NCBI GenBank assembly: GCA_039621445.1
Contig: CP154954.1
Coordinates: 13,386,716 to 13,450,715 of the forward strand
Length of the DNA stretch: 64,000 bases
DNA from: Euglena gracilis
Taxonomy: Eukaryota
Direction of reading: 5' to 3'
How positions within the stretch are numbered: position 1 is the first letter of the stretch; every line of letters starts with the position of its first letter. The notes beneath the pieces were generated by a model. It saw nothing but the letters and a program-made list of their open reading frames with translations, made no database searches and had not been told where the DNA came from. The position numbers were made by a program, and so were the translations under genes. Shown in pieces: positions 52,710 to 62,000 of this stretch.

Positions 52710-55700
52710 TGTATGTATGTATGTATGTATGTATGTATGTATGTATGTATGTATGTATGTATGTATGTATGTATGTATGTATGTATGTATGTATGTATGT
52801 ATGTATCTATGTATGAATGAATGTATGCATGTGTGTATATGTGTGTATGCATATCCTCACGACTGTTTGAACAAGGTTGTGCACGTGTCCTCGCTTTACA
52901 TAAATATAAATAATAATACTGTACATACTTATGTATTTGTACCAGATTCTTCTCCTCATAAACCACCCAGTCCACCACCTGTTTCTGTCGATTCCCACCC
53001 GTGGGGCTGCGCCATGGCGATGTGGAACGCGCCGGAGAGGCTGCCCGGACACGAGAGGGACGCTGTGGCCGCGTCGCTGGCGATGCAGGACGCCCAGGGC
53101 TCAGACATTACCAAGCCCCCCCCTCCCCCGGAAAAGGTCTCGTTTTGGGGACTGTCACCGGCTGACGGGTTATGTTGGACAGATGTTGCCACTAGAGGTC
53201 CTCCTGCCAAGCTGTTCTCTCGGCTTTTATGACAACGTCTGATGGGGGGGGGGTTGGCATGCATCCTTCAGTTAGACCCCACGCTCCATACATGGCAAGA
53301 TTCATGTTATTTTTTTGGTCTGTGATCCCATTGAAATTTCTTTTCTGCACCATCTGGGCGGAAATCATTTCTCTGTTGGTGAGCGAACACAAAAGAAGTA
53401 AGTTTGCACCCAGAGTTAAGCTCACCATCCAGTTTGGTTTGCACCAGAATTCCGATCCCAAATTCTCGATGGAAGTCATCATCAGGGATAGGACCAAAAA
53501 ATTATGGGTTCGAAATTCTCGAACTTTTCGTACCTTTTTTCTCAACACCGCCTCTGCCCAGTCCCATCCCCTGATTCTGAAGGGAAACTCCCCCAGATTT
53601 AAGCACCCGTTGAATAAATTTGGGTTTCAGCCGATCTGCCCAAGGGGTGGCCTAAATCTGGTGGCTGCTTCCATTTTGGGTTGAATGGATAGTCAATGGA
53701 TAGTCAATTTCAATGGTTCTTGGCAAGATATGAACCGACACCGTCCAAATCCGAAATTGGATGTGTGGCAGCCAAAACCATCCCCCCAACGGAGATGGCA
53801 TTATTGGCAGAGGGTCCCAAAAAAGAAACACACACACATGTGGAAGCTCTTGGTCCTCTTCTAAGATCAGGTCCTGCCGCTTGCGTCGTGGACCTCCACC
53901 AGTTATGGCGGTCCCGGGGGCTGCCCAGACCTCTCCTTCGCGCATGTCGGCAAAAAATGCAATTTTTTCCAAAAATATTTGCAAATTGGGGGCCTTGACC
54001 CGCACTAAGGAGAGGCCTGGGACTGCCAGTGCTGAAGTTCCGCGCGGGCATCCACACCGGCCAATGTCTCGTGGGCAACTTCGGCCAGTGCCGAGTCCAC
54101 GTATCTGTGGATACCTTTTTTTGCCCCTTCCCGGATCTCATAACATGCTTCCCTCAACAGGAGTCTGCAAATCCAGGTCAGAGGTCATTTTGGTGGTTGC
54201 TGACCCTTCCCCAGGTTGTTTCTGGTTTTCTCCCACATAACAGGTTTTCCTTGAACATTGAGAAGGCACCACAGACGGAAATTTTTCCTTCAAACATTGG
54301 TTTTTCTCAAGTTTTGATTTTTTCTGGCTCCAAATCCACCCTCTTTTCTTCATGGTTGCGAAAACACCCGGGGGGGGGTTCAATTTTTTCCCTTGAAACA
54401 CAAAAAGAGAATCCGGAGAATGAGGAACGCCCTGGAATGTTCAGAACAAAAGTTATGTTTATGACCACAGATAATGCACAAGGCGCAGCTAGAATGACGC
54501 TATCCACAGTGAATTTCGAAGCTTTGAAGGACATTTAGAAGAATTTTTCCAGAGCTCCTCATCAAATATGCCAAATTCTGAAGTTGGGAAGGTTTTTGCG
54601 GGGGCATCTGATTCGCACCTCATTGCAGAAGCCCAGGTCATGTTGCTGGCTGCAGGGGGGTGCATTTCGCATTTTTTCCTGCATTTTTTGGGGCTTTTTT
54701 TGCGCATTTCCCCCCAAATTTTCCACAAATGGGCACTTTTTTTTATTTTTTTCGACACAATTTTTTTTTGCTTTTTTTTGCCATTTTTTCGTGATTTCCC
54801 CAATTTTTCGAATCTTTGACCATTTTTGCAATTCTTTGCATTTTCTTGAGATTTTCGAATTTTTTTGAACCTGACTTTTGCTGCCGACTGGCGGGGGGGG
54901 GGGGACCTTGCCGACGTCGAAGAAAATGTGCAAAAAGAATGCACAAAAATGTGGCACTTTGTGTGCAAAACCTAGAGAAAAGGCACAAACATCAAGAAAT
55001 GTGAAAAATACCCAAAAGCGTGCAAAAATGGCACCAAATTGACAGAAATGATATTGGAATTGTGATTGACCGCCCCACCCCAACCCCCCAAATACTCCCC
55101 TCTTGCTTCAGAAGACCTCTGGCCAGGCAGGTTGGCAAGTGGAATGGGAGGAGTTATCGAAAAGAGTTGTCATCTGACAATCACAGGCAAACAAAAAAAC
55201 AAAGAGCCCCATTGTCTAGGCCCCTGGCATTTCAGTCAATTCAACAACTGTAGTAGTATCCTGCTCCGCTTGCTCTCAGGAACCCCATTTTCCTGAGCAA
55301 CCTTCCCAGGCAAAGAAGTTGTATTTCTGTCCGATATTCTGGTGCGTGCTTCTCGTCCTCTTCCCCCCATTCTCCGTTGTCCCGGGGAGGTGGGCTCGGT
55401 CGCTGGGGGCTGGCTGCAGCTACCGTGTCAGCTACACCTGCCTGGGGGACGGGGTGGGCCAGCCCCCTCCCGATTGGCATGCTGCCCATGTGGACATTGG
55501 GCCGTTGCAGTCGTTGGTCTAGTTTGCCCTTCCCCCTGGGATCTGCAGAAGCACACTCCCCGAACGACTGTTTTGCATGTTGTTGTTTTTAATGTTTCAC
55601 CCCTGTTTCAGCAGAATTGGGGGTTTGGGGGGTTTGTCTTATTTTGAAAAATTTGGCCATACTCCCCCCTGCCCCAGGGTTGGGATCCCTGAAACCTCAT

Positions 55701-56582
55701 GGGTGGTGGGAGGGTGTGTCGATCTCCTCATCCTGGTCGGGGGGGGGGGCATCACCCCTTCACCCCTTCCTTCACCCCTTCCCATCTCACAAATGCCGAT
55801 TTTGAGGCACCATTGGCACCGAAGGAATTTTGTTTGACTGCCATGGTCAGTTGGAGTCCTCCCGACCATTCTCCCCACCCCCAGGTCCCACACCCAGGGG
55901 CTGCGCACCAGGCCTTCTGAACACTGCCCCATTTTGAGTGCCTCCAAATGATTCACCAGGGGGTTGAGGTTCTTCAAGTCGTCACGGGGTGTTGACCATG
56001 GTATTGCATGCAAACCATGATCTGCAATTCAGCTCACTCACAGGGTTTCTTTGAGGGTTTTTTTTTGTGGGTGTTCGAAAATGTATTTTGTTTATTCCCA
56101 CCGTTTCTTCATTTAGCCCGTGTGACCCCACCTCTGAGGGGGTTTGAGAGTGGGTGGGTTGGGGTTGAGCTGCTGGACCCCGCCCCACTCCCTGGGGGCG
56201 GGATGCACTTTGAGTCAGCCCAACTGGGCCGGGGCTGGGTTGGCAATACATATTTCGAGGGGTTTTGGCAGATTTGGCATGGTTTTGGGCTGGATGAGTG
56301 GGTGGGTGCCCCCCCCCCCTGCAGGGGGGGAGGGGGAGGTCCGGCAACAGGTGCCCACCCCCGCCCAGGGGGCCACTGAGTGAATCCATGTTCCTACCAA
56401 GAAGCTTCTCTTGTGATGGATGGGGGGCGGGAGGGGCGCTGCCGGCCCAACCTGTCGGCGCGGCTGGAGCCGCTCAACAAGAAGTTCGGGACGTTCCTCT
56501 GCGTGTCCCACGCCACGTTCGAGGCCTGCCGGGGGGACTTCCACTTCGGCGGCTGGCGAAGGTGACGGTGCCCGGCAACGCC
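34991..56582 (+). CDS. Receptor-type class III adenylate cyclase (2 TM, large extracellular domain, HAMP-like linker, cyclase domain); 24 exons joined across 23 nonconventional introns; 5' and 3' ends incomplete
   Basis: Exons joined at stem-defined junctions give one reading frame, apart from a 1-nt slip in exon 24. It contains TIMFADIEGFS, TIDKFIGDCIMAMWNAP, FRAGIHTGQCLVGNFG and SYTCLGDGVNLSARLE (class III cyclase motifs), two hydrophobic helices (exons 1 and 14) and a HAMP-like segment. Exons: 34991-35127, 35621-35720, 36020-36066, 37140-37227, 39313-39444, 40062-40153, 42583-42671, 43095-43195, 43610-43656, 44402-44497, 44583-44647, 45430-45515, 45953-46062, 46432-46527, 47674-47784, 50038-50079, 50509-50548, 50909-51022, 51916-51966, 53014-53091, 53882-53922, 54025-54082, 55412-55456, 56449-~56582. 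Confidence 0.9.
35621..35720 (+). CDS. Adenylate cyclase exon 2
   Basis: YQAIEKFDTHITEGEREMMELALMIQGSGVLSF; next intron AGT-CGGGCACCTG...CAGGGGCCTG-GCTAC, in frame. Confidence 0.75.
36020..36066 (+). CDS. Adenylate cyclase exon 3
   Basis: DLHPSRFDIPKQGLA; the 3' boundary rests on a short stem only (GTC-TGCC...GGCA-GCTCC). Confidence 0.6.
37140..37227 (+). CDS. Adenylate cyclase exon 4
   Basis: FHSQPFTTMQAHPYFSQAAVLGSYFDPTN; next intron GCT-CAGGGGC...GCCTCTG-TCACC. Confidence 0.7.
37730..38440. mobile_element. Intronic MITE-like element (CCGAATAGAAGCCCC repeats) in intron 4
   Basis: Repeated CGAATAGAAG motifs with an inverted CTTCTATT end; related copy at ~4020-4245. Confidence 0.5.
39313..39444 (+). 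CDS. Adenylate cyclase exon 5
   Basis: TTFTPIFWVTWVAFLIDVLKQSFGTRTLYVSQLAMAPNEKVTTM; next intron stem TGGGTC/GACCCA (3' boundary +/-1). Confidence 0.75.
39545..39616. repeat. (GA)n(GT)n microsatellite in intron 5
   Basis: Directly visible. Confidence 0.95.
40062..40153 (+). CDS. Adenylate cyclase exon 6 (3' boundary approximate)
   Basis: ANISAVNQLTAKPVYLLQSQTAPSQVFDRP; open frame directly after the partner stem of intron 5. Confidence 0.6.
42583..42671 (+). CDS. Adenylate cyclase exon 7 (5' boundary approximate, within a C run)
   Basis: PNLAKWDDGWLGSMMFNRYTGQVELSIRQ, GC3-rich codons; next intron GCG-CAGGGACTC...GAATCTCTG-GCCCC. Confidence 0.7.
43095..43195 (+). CDS. Adenylate cyclase exon 8
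   Basis: LAAQNGTWVQLYISMGASTISDELRSQLEGFPD; next intron GTT-CAAGTGCCACCCA...TGGGTGCGCTTG-TAAGA. Confidence 0.8.
43610..43656 (+). CDS. Adenylate cyclase exon 9
   Basis: DRLVLFFRQPHGYMI; next intron ACC-CAGTGGT...ACCGCTG-TCCGC. Confidence 0.8.
44402..44497 (+). CDS. Adenylate cyclase exon 10
   Basis: ASHGKYFSHSDVDRRYINPLVNPTNVSAYRL; next intron (85 nt) GTC-CAGGCTG...CAGCCTG-ACCTT. Confidence 0.8.
44583..44647 (+). CDS. Adenylate cyclase exon 11
   Basis: TCLQSNDALIFQACQQLYGTY; next intron AGT-CCGGGGAGG...CCTCCCTGG-CCCCC. Confidence 0.8.
44877..44968. repeat. (TACA)n(CAGA)n microsatellite in intron 11 (copy at ~58953-59049)
   Basis: Directly visible. Confidence 0.95.
45430..45515 (+). CDS. 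Adenylate cyclase exon 12
   Basis: SWTAIPAMNQEMVLSAQRYWVATGYSTG; an alternative stem register is possible at the 3' boundary. Confidence 0.75.
45953..46062 (+). CDS. Adenylate cyclase exon 13
   Basis: SLLCTVLMLKNRAAVMGSIDASNAHVDQRVADKKGV; next intron GGC-CGGGG...CCCCG-CCTGT. Confidence 0.8.
46432..46527 (+). CDS. Adenylate cyclase exon 14 (TM2, start of HAMP-like linker)
   Basis: FVILGVVSAIAVLLPLSVGLWMASRLYTLAR; next intron GGT-CAGGGCC...GGCCCTG-CCTCC. Confidence 0.85.
47674..47784 (+). CDS. Adenylate cyclase exon 15 (HAMP-like)
   Basis: MDRIAQLQFTTTATKPTVFRELHRFQTSFTQMERGL; next intron GGG-CAGGCTTCTTTT...AAAAGAAGGCTG-CTGTG. Confidence 0.85.
49056..49468. mobile_element. Intronic MITE (AATAAGACCC family) in intron 15
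   Basis: CTAACCCCCCCCCAAAATAAGACCC inverted to GGGTCTTATTTTTGGGGGGGGGGTTTAG; copy at ~63140-63630. Confidence 0.6.
50038..50079 (+). CDS. Adenylate cyclase exon 16
   Basis: AFGKFVPQAVVKV, resembling the F-x-x-[YF]-V-P linker upstream of class III cyclases; next intron GGG-CAGCCCCGG...CCGGCGGCTG-ATTCT. Confidence 0.85.
50509..50548 (+). CDS. Adenylate cyclase exon 17
   Basis: IAGQMKANDEMHP; next intron AAG-CAGGC...GCCTG-CCACT. Confidence 0.8.
50909..51022 (+). CDS. Adenylate cyclase exon 18 (first metal-binding Asp)
   Basis: ETLTIMFADIEGFSTICENETPAALVAVCTEYFEAMCS; next intron GCA-CCGAG...CTCGG-ACCCC. Confidence 0.92.
51916..51966 (+). CDS. Adenylate cyclase exon 19 (substrate Lys, second metal Asp)
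   Basis: NIVERNGTIDKFIGDCI; next intron GAA-AGCCCCACGG...CCGTGGGGCT-GCGCC (perfect 10-bp stem). Confidence 0.92.
52680..52830. repeat. (TATG)n microsatellite in intron 19
   Basis: Directly visible. Confidence 0.95.
53014..53091 (+). CDS. Adenylate cyclase exon 20
   Basis: MAMWNAPERLPGHERDAVAASLAMQD; next intron GCC-CAGGGCT...GGTCCTG-CCGCT. Confidence 0.9.
53882..53922 (+). CDS. Adenylate cyclase exon 21
   Basis: CVVDLHQLWRSRG; next intron (102 nt) GCC-CAGACCTCTCCTT...AAGGAGAGGCCTG-GGACT. Confidence 0.85.
54025..54082 (+). CDS. Adenylate cyclase exon 22
   Basis: PVLKFRAGIHTGQCLVGNF; next intron GGC-CAGTGCCGAGTCCAC...GTGGGCTCGGTCGCTG-GGGGCT. Confidence 0.9.
55412..55456 (+). CDS. Adenylate cyclase exon 23 (substrate-specifying Thr)
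   Basis: GCSYRVSYTCLGDGV; next intron GGC-CAGCCCCCTCCCG...CGGGAGGGGCGCTG (boundary +/-1). Confidence 0.9.
56449..56582 (+). CDS. Adenylate cyclase exon 24 (transition-state Asn/Arg); apparent 1-nt frameshift near 56547
   Basis: NLSARLEPLNKKFGTFLCVSHATFEACRGDFHF, then RLAKVTVPG in another frame; followed by GCC-CAGGG, a probable next intron start. Confidence 0.85.
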
Positions 56583-57259
56583 GCCCAGGGTGCAGGGGCT
56601 TCCGGAACGCACTGGCGGACCTGCTCTTCTGCTGTCCTGCGGAGGCACCAGAACTGCATGACAGAGGAATTGTATTGAACCCCCCTGGGGTGTGCGCTTG
56701 TGCGTGGGTCAAAAGTGGCTGTTTCTGGCTGGCCATGCCCCCCCCCCCCCGGAACATCAAGGGCTGTGGAATCATGCAGGTATGGGCCGATGTGATGCCC
56801 ATGGCAAAGAAACTGTGATGAAATGGCAAAGAGAACAGAAAAAATGTAAAACCACCCAGGGGGACCCAGCCAGGACTCCAACACAACACTGATGTGTCGT
56901 GTCATTGGTCAGGCCCATGCCTCAGCCCCCCCCCCCCCGGGTCTACTTTTTGGGTCCGTCGCTGAAAAGCGCGCGGGGGGGGGGGGTAATTCTTTGGCTT
57001 GGGGGTCCACTTTTTGCTGAAAAATTCATCCAAAATCTTTTTTCCCTCGAGAGGGTCCTAAAACAGTTCTAAAAAGATTGATTTTCGACATAAAATATAA
57101 AAAAAAATGCCAATTTTGACACACAACACAGACAAAAATAAAAAAAAAATGACAGAAATCACCCATTTTGGGGAGCATTTTGGGTTTATTTTTTGGTTTT
57201 TTCCCGCCAAAACCCCAAGGGGGTCTTACTATTTGGGGGGGGTCTAGTTTTGGATTTTT

Positions 57260-57272
57260 NNNNNNNNNNNNN
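57260..57272. other. Scaffold gap (13 N)
   Basis: Run of n characters. Confidence 1.
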
Positions 57273-58998
57273 CCACAAACTGCTGTGAGTTGGTTTGTCC
57301 TGCAGTTTTCTGTGCATTTGTTGTACAGACACTTGTTCGATGGATGGATGGTTGGGAATGATAATTGTGTGATGACTGTGTCCGACATTTTTTTTCTTAA
57401 ATTGATGAACCTTCTATGTTTTGTGTTTTTGAGCTTTAAGGTTGTCCCCCTGACGGACAAATGTTATATATTTTTTGTGCATCTCACCGAAAGATAGCAC
57501 TTTTGCAAAGTTGTGTATTATTGCCACATCAAACACACAGCCTCAGTTCTCATTATCTGATGCATTAAATCATATTGATGTGTGGCTGCAGTTTACAATA
57601 GCTTATTGCTTCTCATGGTCAGAAATCACTTTCTGTTTTCGAATTGGTGATGCAGGCTGGGTGCGCTTGTAAGAGACCGGCTGGTGCTCTTCTTCCGCCA
57701 GCCCCACGGTTATATGATAGCATCCAGTGGTACTCTGACCCTTCTTTTATCAGTTTATCCCTGTTTATCCCAGAACTGTGCAAATTATTCACAAAATTCT
57801 GAAATTGCAGTTTAATTGGGTTTGTTTGTTTTGTGTATGTTTTATGTGTGTTTGTCTTCTTCACTCTGAACCTACAACGTTTTTAATTGCATTTCCTTTC
57901 ACCTCTTCATTTCTCACCTTTCCCTCAACGTTCCATCTTCGATGGCCCCACAACCCCAAACCCAATTCGTCCCCCAGAGTCGTTCCATGCCCCAGGGTTA
58001 GCTTACAAAAAGGGTGTCATGGGTTTAAGCGAGGAGCCCCCTTTGTAGAGGGTGAGGGTCCCTCCCTCCTGGGTGGGGGGTGGGTTCGGACCCCCCCCCC
58101 CCACTTGCGAAGGGGGGGTCTGGACCGACCAGGGGACCCGACGACCCGCAATGGTCAATTTTTTTTTGCCACCAACAGTTAACACCAAAATTTTTGACAA
58201 TTTTGACAATTTCAACAAGTTTTTGTCCAGAAAGTGCCAAAATTGCATTTTTGGGTCGATTTGGGAGGTTAAAAAAAACTTTGGCTTCATTTTGGCCAAG
58301 CCGCTGTTTCGGTTTTCTGAACCCCCCCCTCCACCTGCCAATCCACCAAACCCTGTCTGCCCCTTGCTTCTGCATTCCTGCGGTGGCCGACGACCCACCG
58401 CGGCACACCGCTGTCCGCGGCCTCGCTTCCGCATTCCTGCGGTGGCCGACGACCCACCGCGGCACACCGCTGTCCGCGGCCTCGCACGGGAAGTACTTCA
58501 GCCACAGCGACGTGGACCGACGCTACATCAACCCGCTGGTGAACCCCACCAACGTCAGCGCGTACCGCCTCTGGTCCAGGCTGGGTCTTGAATCCGCAGC
58601 TTGTAAGCAGCATCTCTTGCATGTGTCATCGAAGGCGGTTGAAATTCAGCCTGACCTTGACATGCCTTCAGAGCAACGACGCACTCATCTTTCAGGCCTG
58701 CCAACAACTGTATGGCACTTACCAGTCCGGGGAGGTCCTTTCTAACTGAAGGGACAGAACAGGAGACAGTGTATTGAACAGTTGTTTACAGGTGCTGGTT
58801 TGGGCTGGCCGAGTTTTGGGTTTGACGATGGGTATCGTTTGTCATCTTTTTGCACGGCGACACTTTGAGACACACCAAAGGCCCTTTTAAAACCAGAGGG
58901 ACTTGTGGTGCCAATGACCACTTTAAAACACCTCTACAGGTTTGGTTTTGCCATATACATACATACATACATACATACATACAGACAGACAGGCAGGC

Positions 58999-59039
<41 letters not shown>

Positions 59040-62000
59040 TACATACATAATGTATCATAAGGCATTATGTCCGTTTCCTCCAGTGAACCTCCTGAAGTGG
59101 CTCTTTGCCAAATCTCTGGGAAGTTGCCATTTGAAGGTCTGAGTTTGGGCCTGTTGACAGGTTCCCTCTGTTGTGGCTGACTGAGCAAACGCCACCACGA
59201 AGTGTCTTGATGTGGTGGAATGATGCGCAAATCAAGCGGATCTGACGTGACAGTTGCCAACCGCTGACCATGGCAGGAGGGAAATCACAAACCTCAAAAC
59301 ATTTTATTTAATTTATTTAAATAGATTTTTTACCATATACAATAAATTTTGCTAACTGTAATATAATTATCATAAATATACATAATTTTTTAAATATATA
59401 ATAAAATTTCTGCACACAAGTTTTCGTCGTGATGCCTCCTGCATGGTTTTTGGATGGACATGAGAAGAAGAAGCCGCGCTGTGGGAACCGGATGGGGCCC
59501 TCCCTGGCCCCCAGTCGTGGACCGCCATCCCTGCGATGAACCAGGAGATGGTGCTGAGCGCCCAGCGGTACTGGGTGGCCACTGGCTACAGCACCGGAGC
59601 TCGGGGCGGCGCTGGAGGAGAGACCGGATTGCTTGTTGGTTTTTTTTGCCTGTGAATGGTTTTGAAAGCTGGTGTGATGGCTGCCCACGTGGATGTTGTC
59701 TGCTGGGCTTTTCTCCACCAATGGACTTATCACAAAGGTATCCAATGAATAATAATTTGAAGAATAAGTTGTGTCGTATGCAGTGGTCATTGGTCATCAT
59801 TTGGCACTTTTGAGAAACGCTATTTAGCCTGTTGTAGGCGTCTGGCGCCTGTTGTGTGTGTGTTTTACGAGGGGCCCTGCTCTTTCCCACCACCCCCTCT
59901 GTGCCTCCGACCTGCCGAATGGCACCCAAGTGTTAATCCTCCAAAATACACTGCCAGCGAAGGGGAATGGTGGATTTGCCACGCAGCCACATCGCCTGGC
60001 CACGAAAAAACAGTGCGGACCATCCCCGGCCCGGCCCCAGCCTGCTGTGTACGGTGCTAATGCTGAAGAACCGGGCGGCGGTGATGGGCAGCATCGACGC
60101 CAGCAACGCGCATGTGGACCAGCGGGTGGCCGACAAGAAGGGGGTCACGGCCGGGGTTGGCTGCTCTCGCTGTTGAGGCACGGCCCATCGTCAACATTTA
60201 ACTGATGAAAATGTTGATACATTATGATGATGTGCAGATCTATGCATGTACGTATGTGGCCAATGAGCACCGAATGAGCACCACTGAACGCCAGCTGTTT
60301 TTATTTTTTTGATGAAGGGGTTCCCTCCGACATCGGTGTGTCTCGCACATGCACACATACAATGAGTGTATCATCATTGTGTGTTTTATTATCACATATT
60401 TGTCTGTTTGCAAAGGCTGTCCCCATGTCACATTTTATGCAACGATCATACCTTGCACAGTTGCTTGTCTTCATGCCAAACTTCCGGTGAAGGAACCTCC
60501 ACATCTACGCCCCGCCTGTGTTCGTCATACTGGGGGTGGTCAGCGCCATCGCCGTCCTGCTGCCGCTGAGCGTGGGCTTGTGGATGGCCTCACGGCTCTA
60601 CACCCTTGCAAGAGGGGTCAGGGCCCTGCCCCTGTCTGGGCCTGTGTGGCTCTCCTCCTCTCAGCAATTCGGGGCACGAGCGACCAAAGAAAAAGAACAA
60701 CACATAATTAAATGCAACATCGAGGGTCTGCTCTTTGTCCCCCTGAGTCAGATCCAGGGTGCCAGGGAGCGTTAGTTTCATGCGGGGAGAGCCCCCCCCC
60801 CCTCTGGGCTGGGGGTTCTTGAGGGGGGTCAGACCCCCAAGAACCGAGAAATTTTCTTCCCCTTCAAAGCACCGGGGAAAGGATTTTCACGTATTGCTGA
60901 TTTTTCGAAATGAACCCGAAAACACGATTTTTGGCTTTTTGAGCCCCCTCCCCCAATTGTCCCGGCGCTTCGTGGCTTTTTGCTTTTCGCAGGAGGGGGG
61001 CCTGACCCCCCCTCCACCCTCATTTGGTGCCTTGGACAAGACTGTGTGGGAATCCCTGGGACCCTTTGGGTGTTGCGGGGCCACCCGGGCATTGGTTTTT
61101 TAAGGCAAAATTTTTATGGCATTATAGGGCATTCTTTAAGGCTTTTTGAGGCTTTTTAAGGCACTATTCTCCAGGGGAGTCCAAGGGCTGTCCGGGCATC
61201 AGAAAAGTTTTTTTTTTGATTTTGCATGTGGTCCAATTAATTTTTTTTTTGCATTTTGGTTAATAAACAACGTTTGGGCAATGCCAAAATCATTTTTCTT
61301 TCCAGAGCTGACCTGCGTTTGCTGAGGTTTTTTGGCTTTTTCTTTGCTCGGTCGGAGAATTTTCTGCCAGCCCGAATTTGTTGAATTTTTTGGCATTTTG
61401 AGGCATTTTAGCCAAAAAAAATTCAAGGCTCATTTTCAGGCATTTAAGGTTTTTTAAAAAAATGCCTTGCAAATAAAAAAAATGCCACCCCATCTCATAT
61501 CTCCAAGGCGCTGATTTCTCTGTGCCTTCGGGGCCAAAGAAGTTTTTCTTGCAAACTGCCAGGGTGGGAAGGGGGTAGATCCCCCCATCAGACCTTCTTG
61601 TACAGCCCTGTCCAAAGCTTTCTTTCTTGGGTGTGCTCTTTTTCTTGCAAAGTCAAAAGTGTCCAGATCATCAGACTTCTTCCAGTTTGATTTCTGTTTT
61701 CATTCCATGATTTTCATCAACTTGAAATCAGACCGCTGCGGACAAGGCCCTGCCTCCGATGGACCGCATCGCCCAGCTGCAGTTCACCACCACAGCCACG
61801 AAGCCCACTGTGTTCCGGGAACTTCACCGCTTCCAGACCTCCTTCACCCAGATGGAGCGCGGCCTGCAGGGCAGGCTTCTTTTCAATGAAAAAAAAGTGG
61901 TCACCTCCCCTCCCAGGTGGGTGATACCAGAAGAAAACTGTTGTGGGGAGATTCTGGACCAAGTTTTGCCCAGGATTTTTTTACGGCAGATTCAAGAAAA

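Noticed and set aside
56583-56640. Possible 54-nt intron 24 followed by another exon
   Set aside because: A stem can be drawn, but the downstream peptide does not resemble a cyclase C-terminus, so it was not called.
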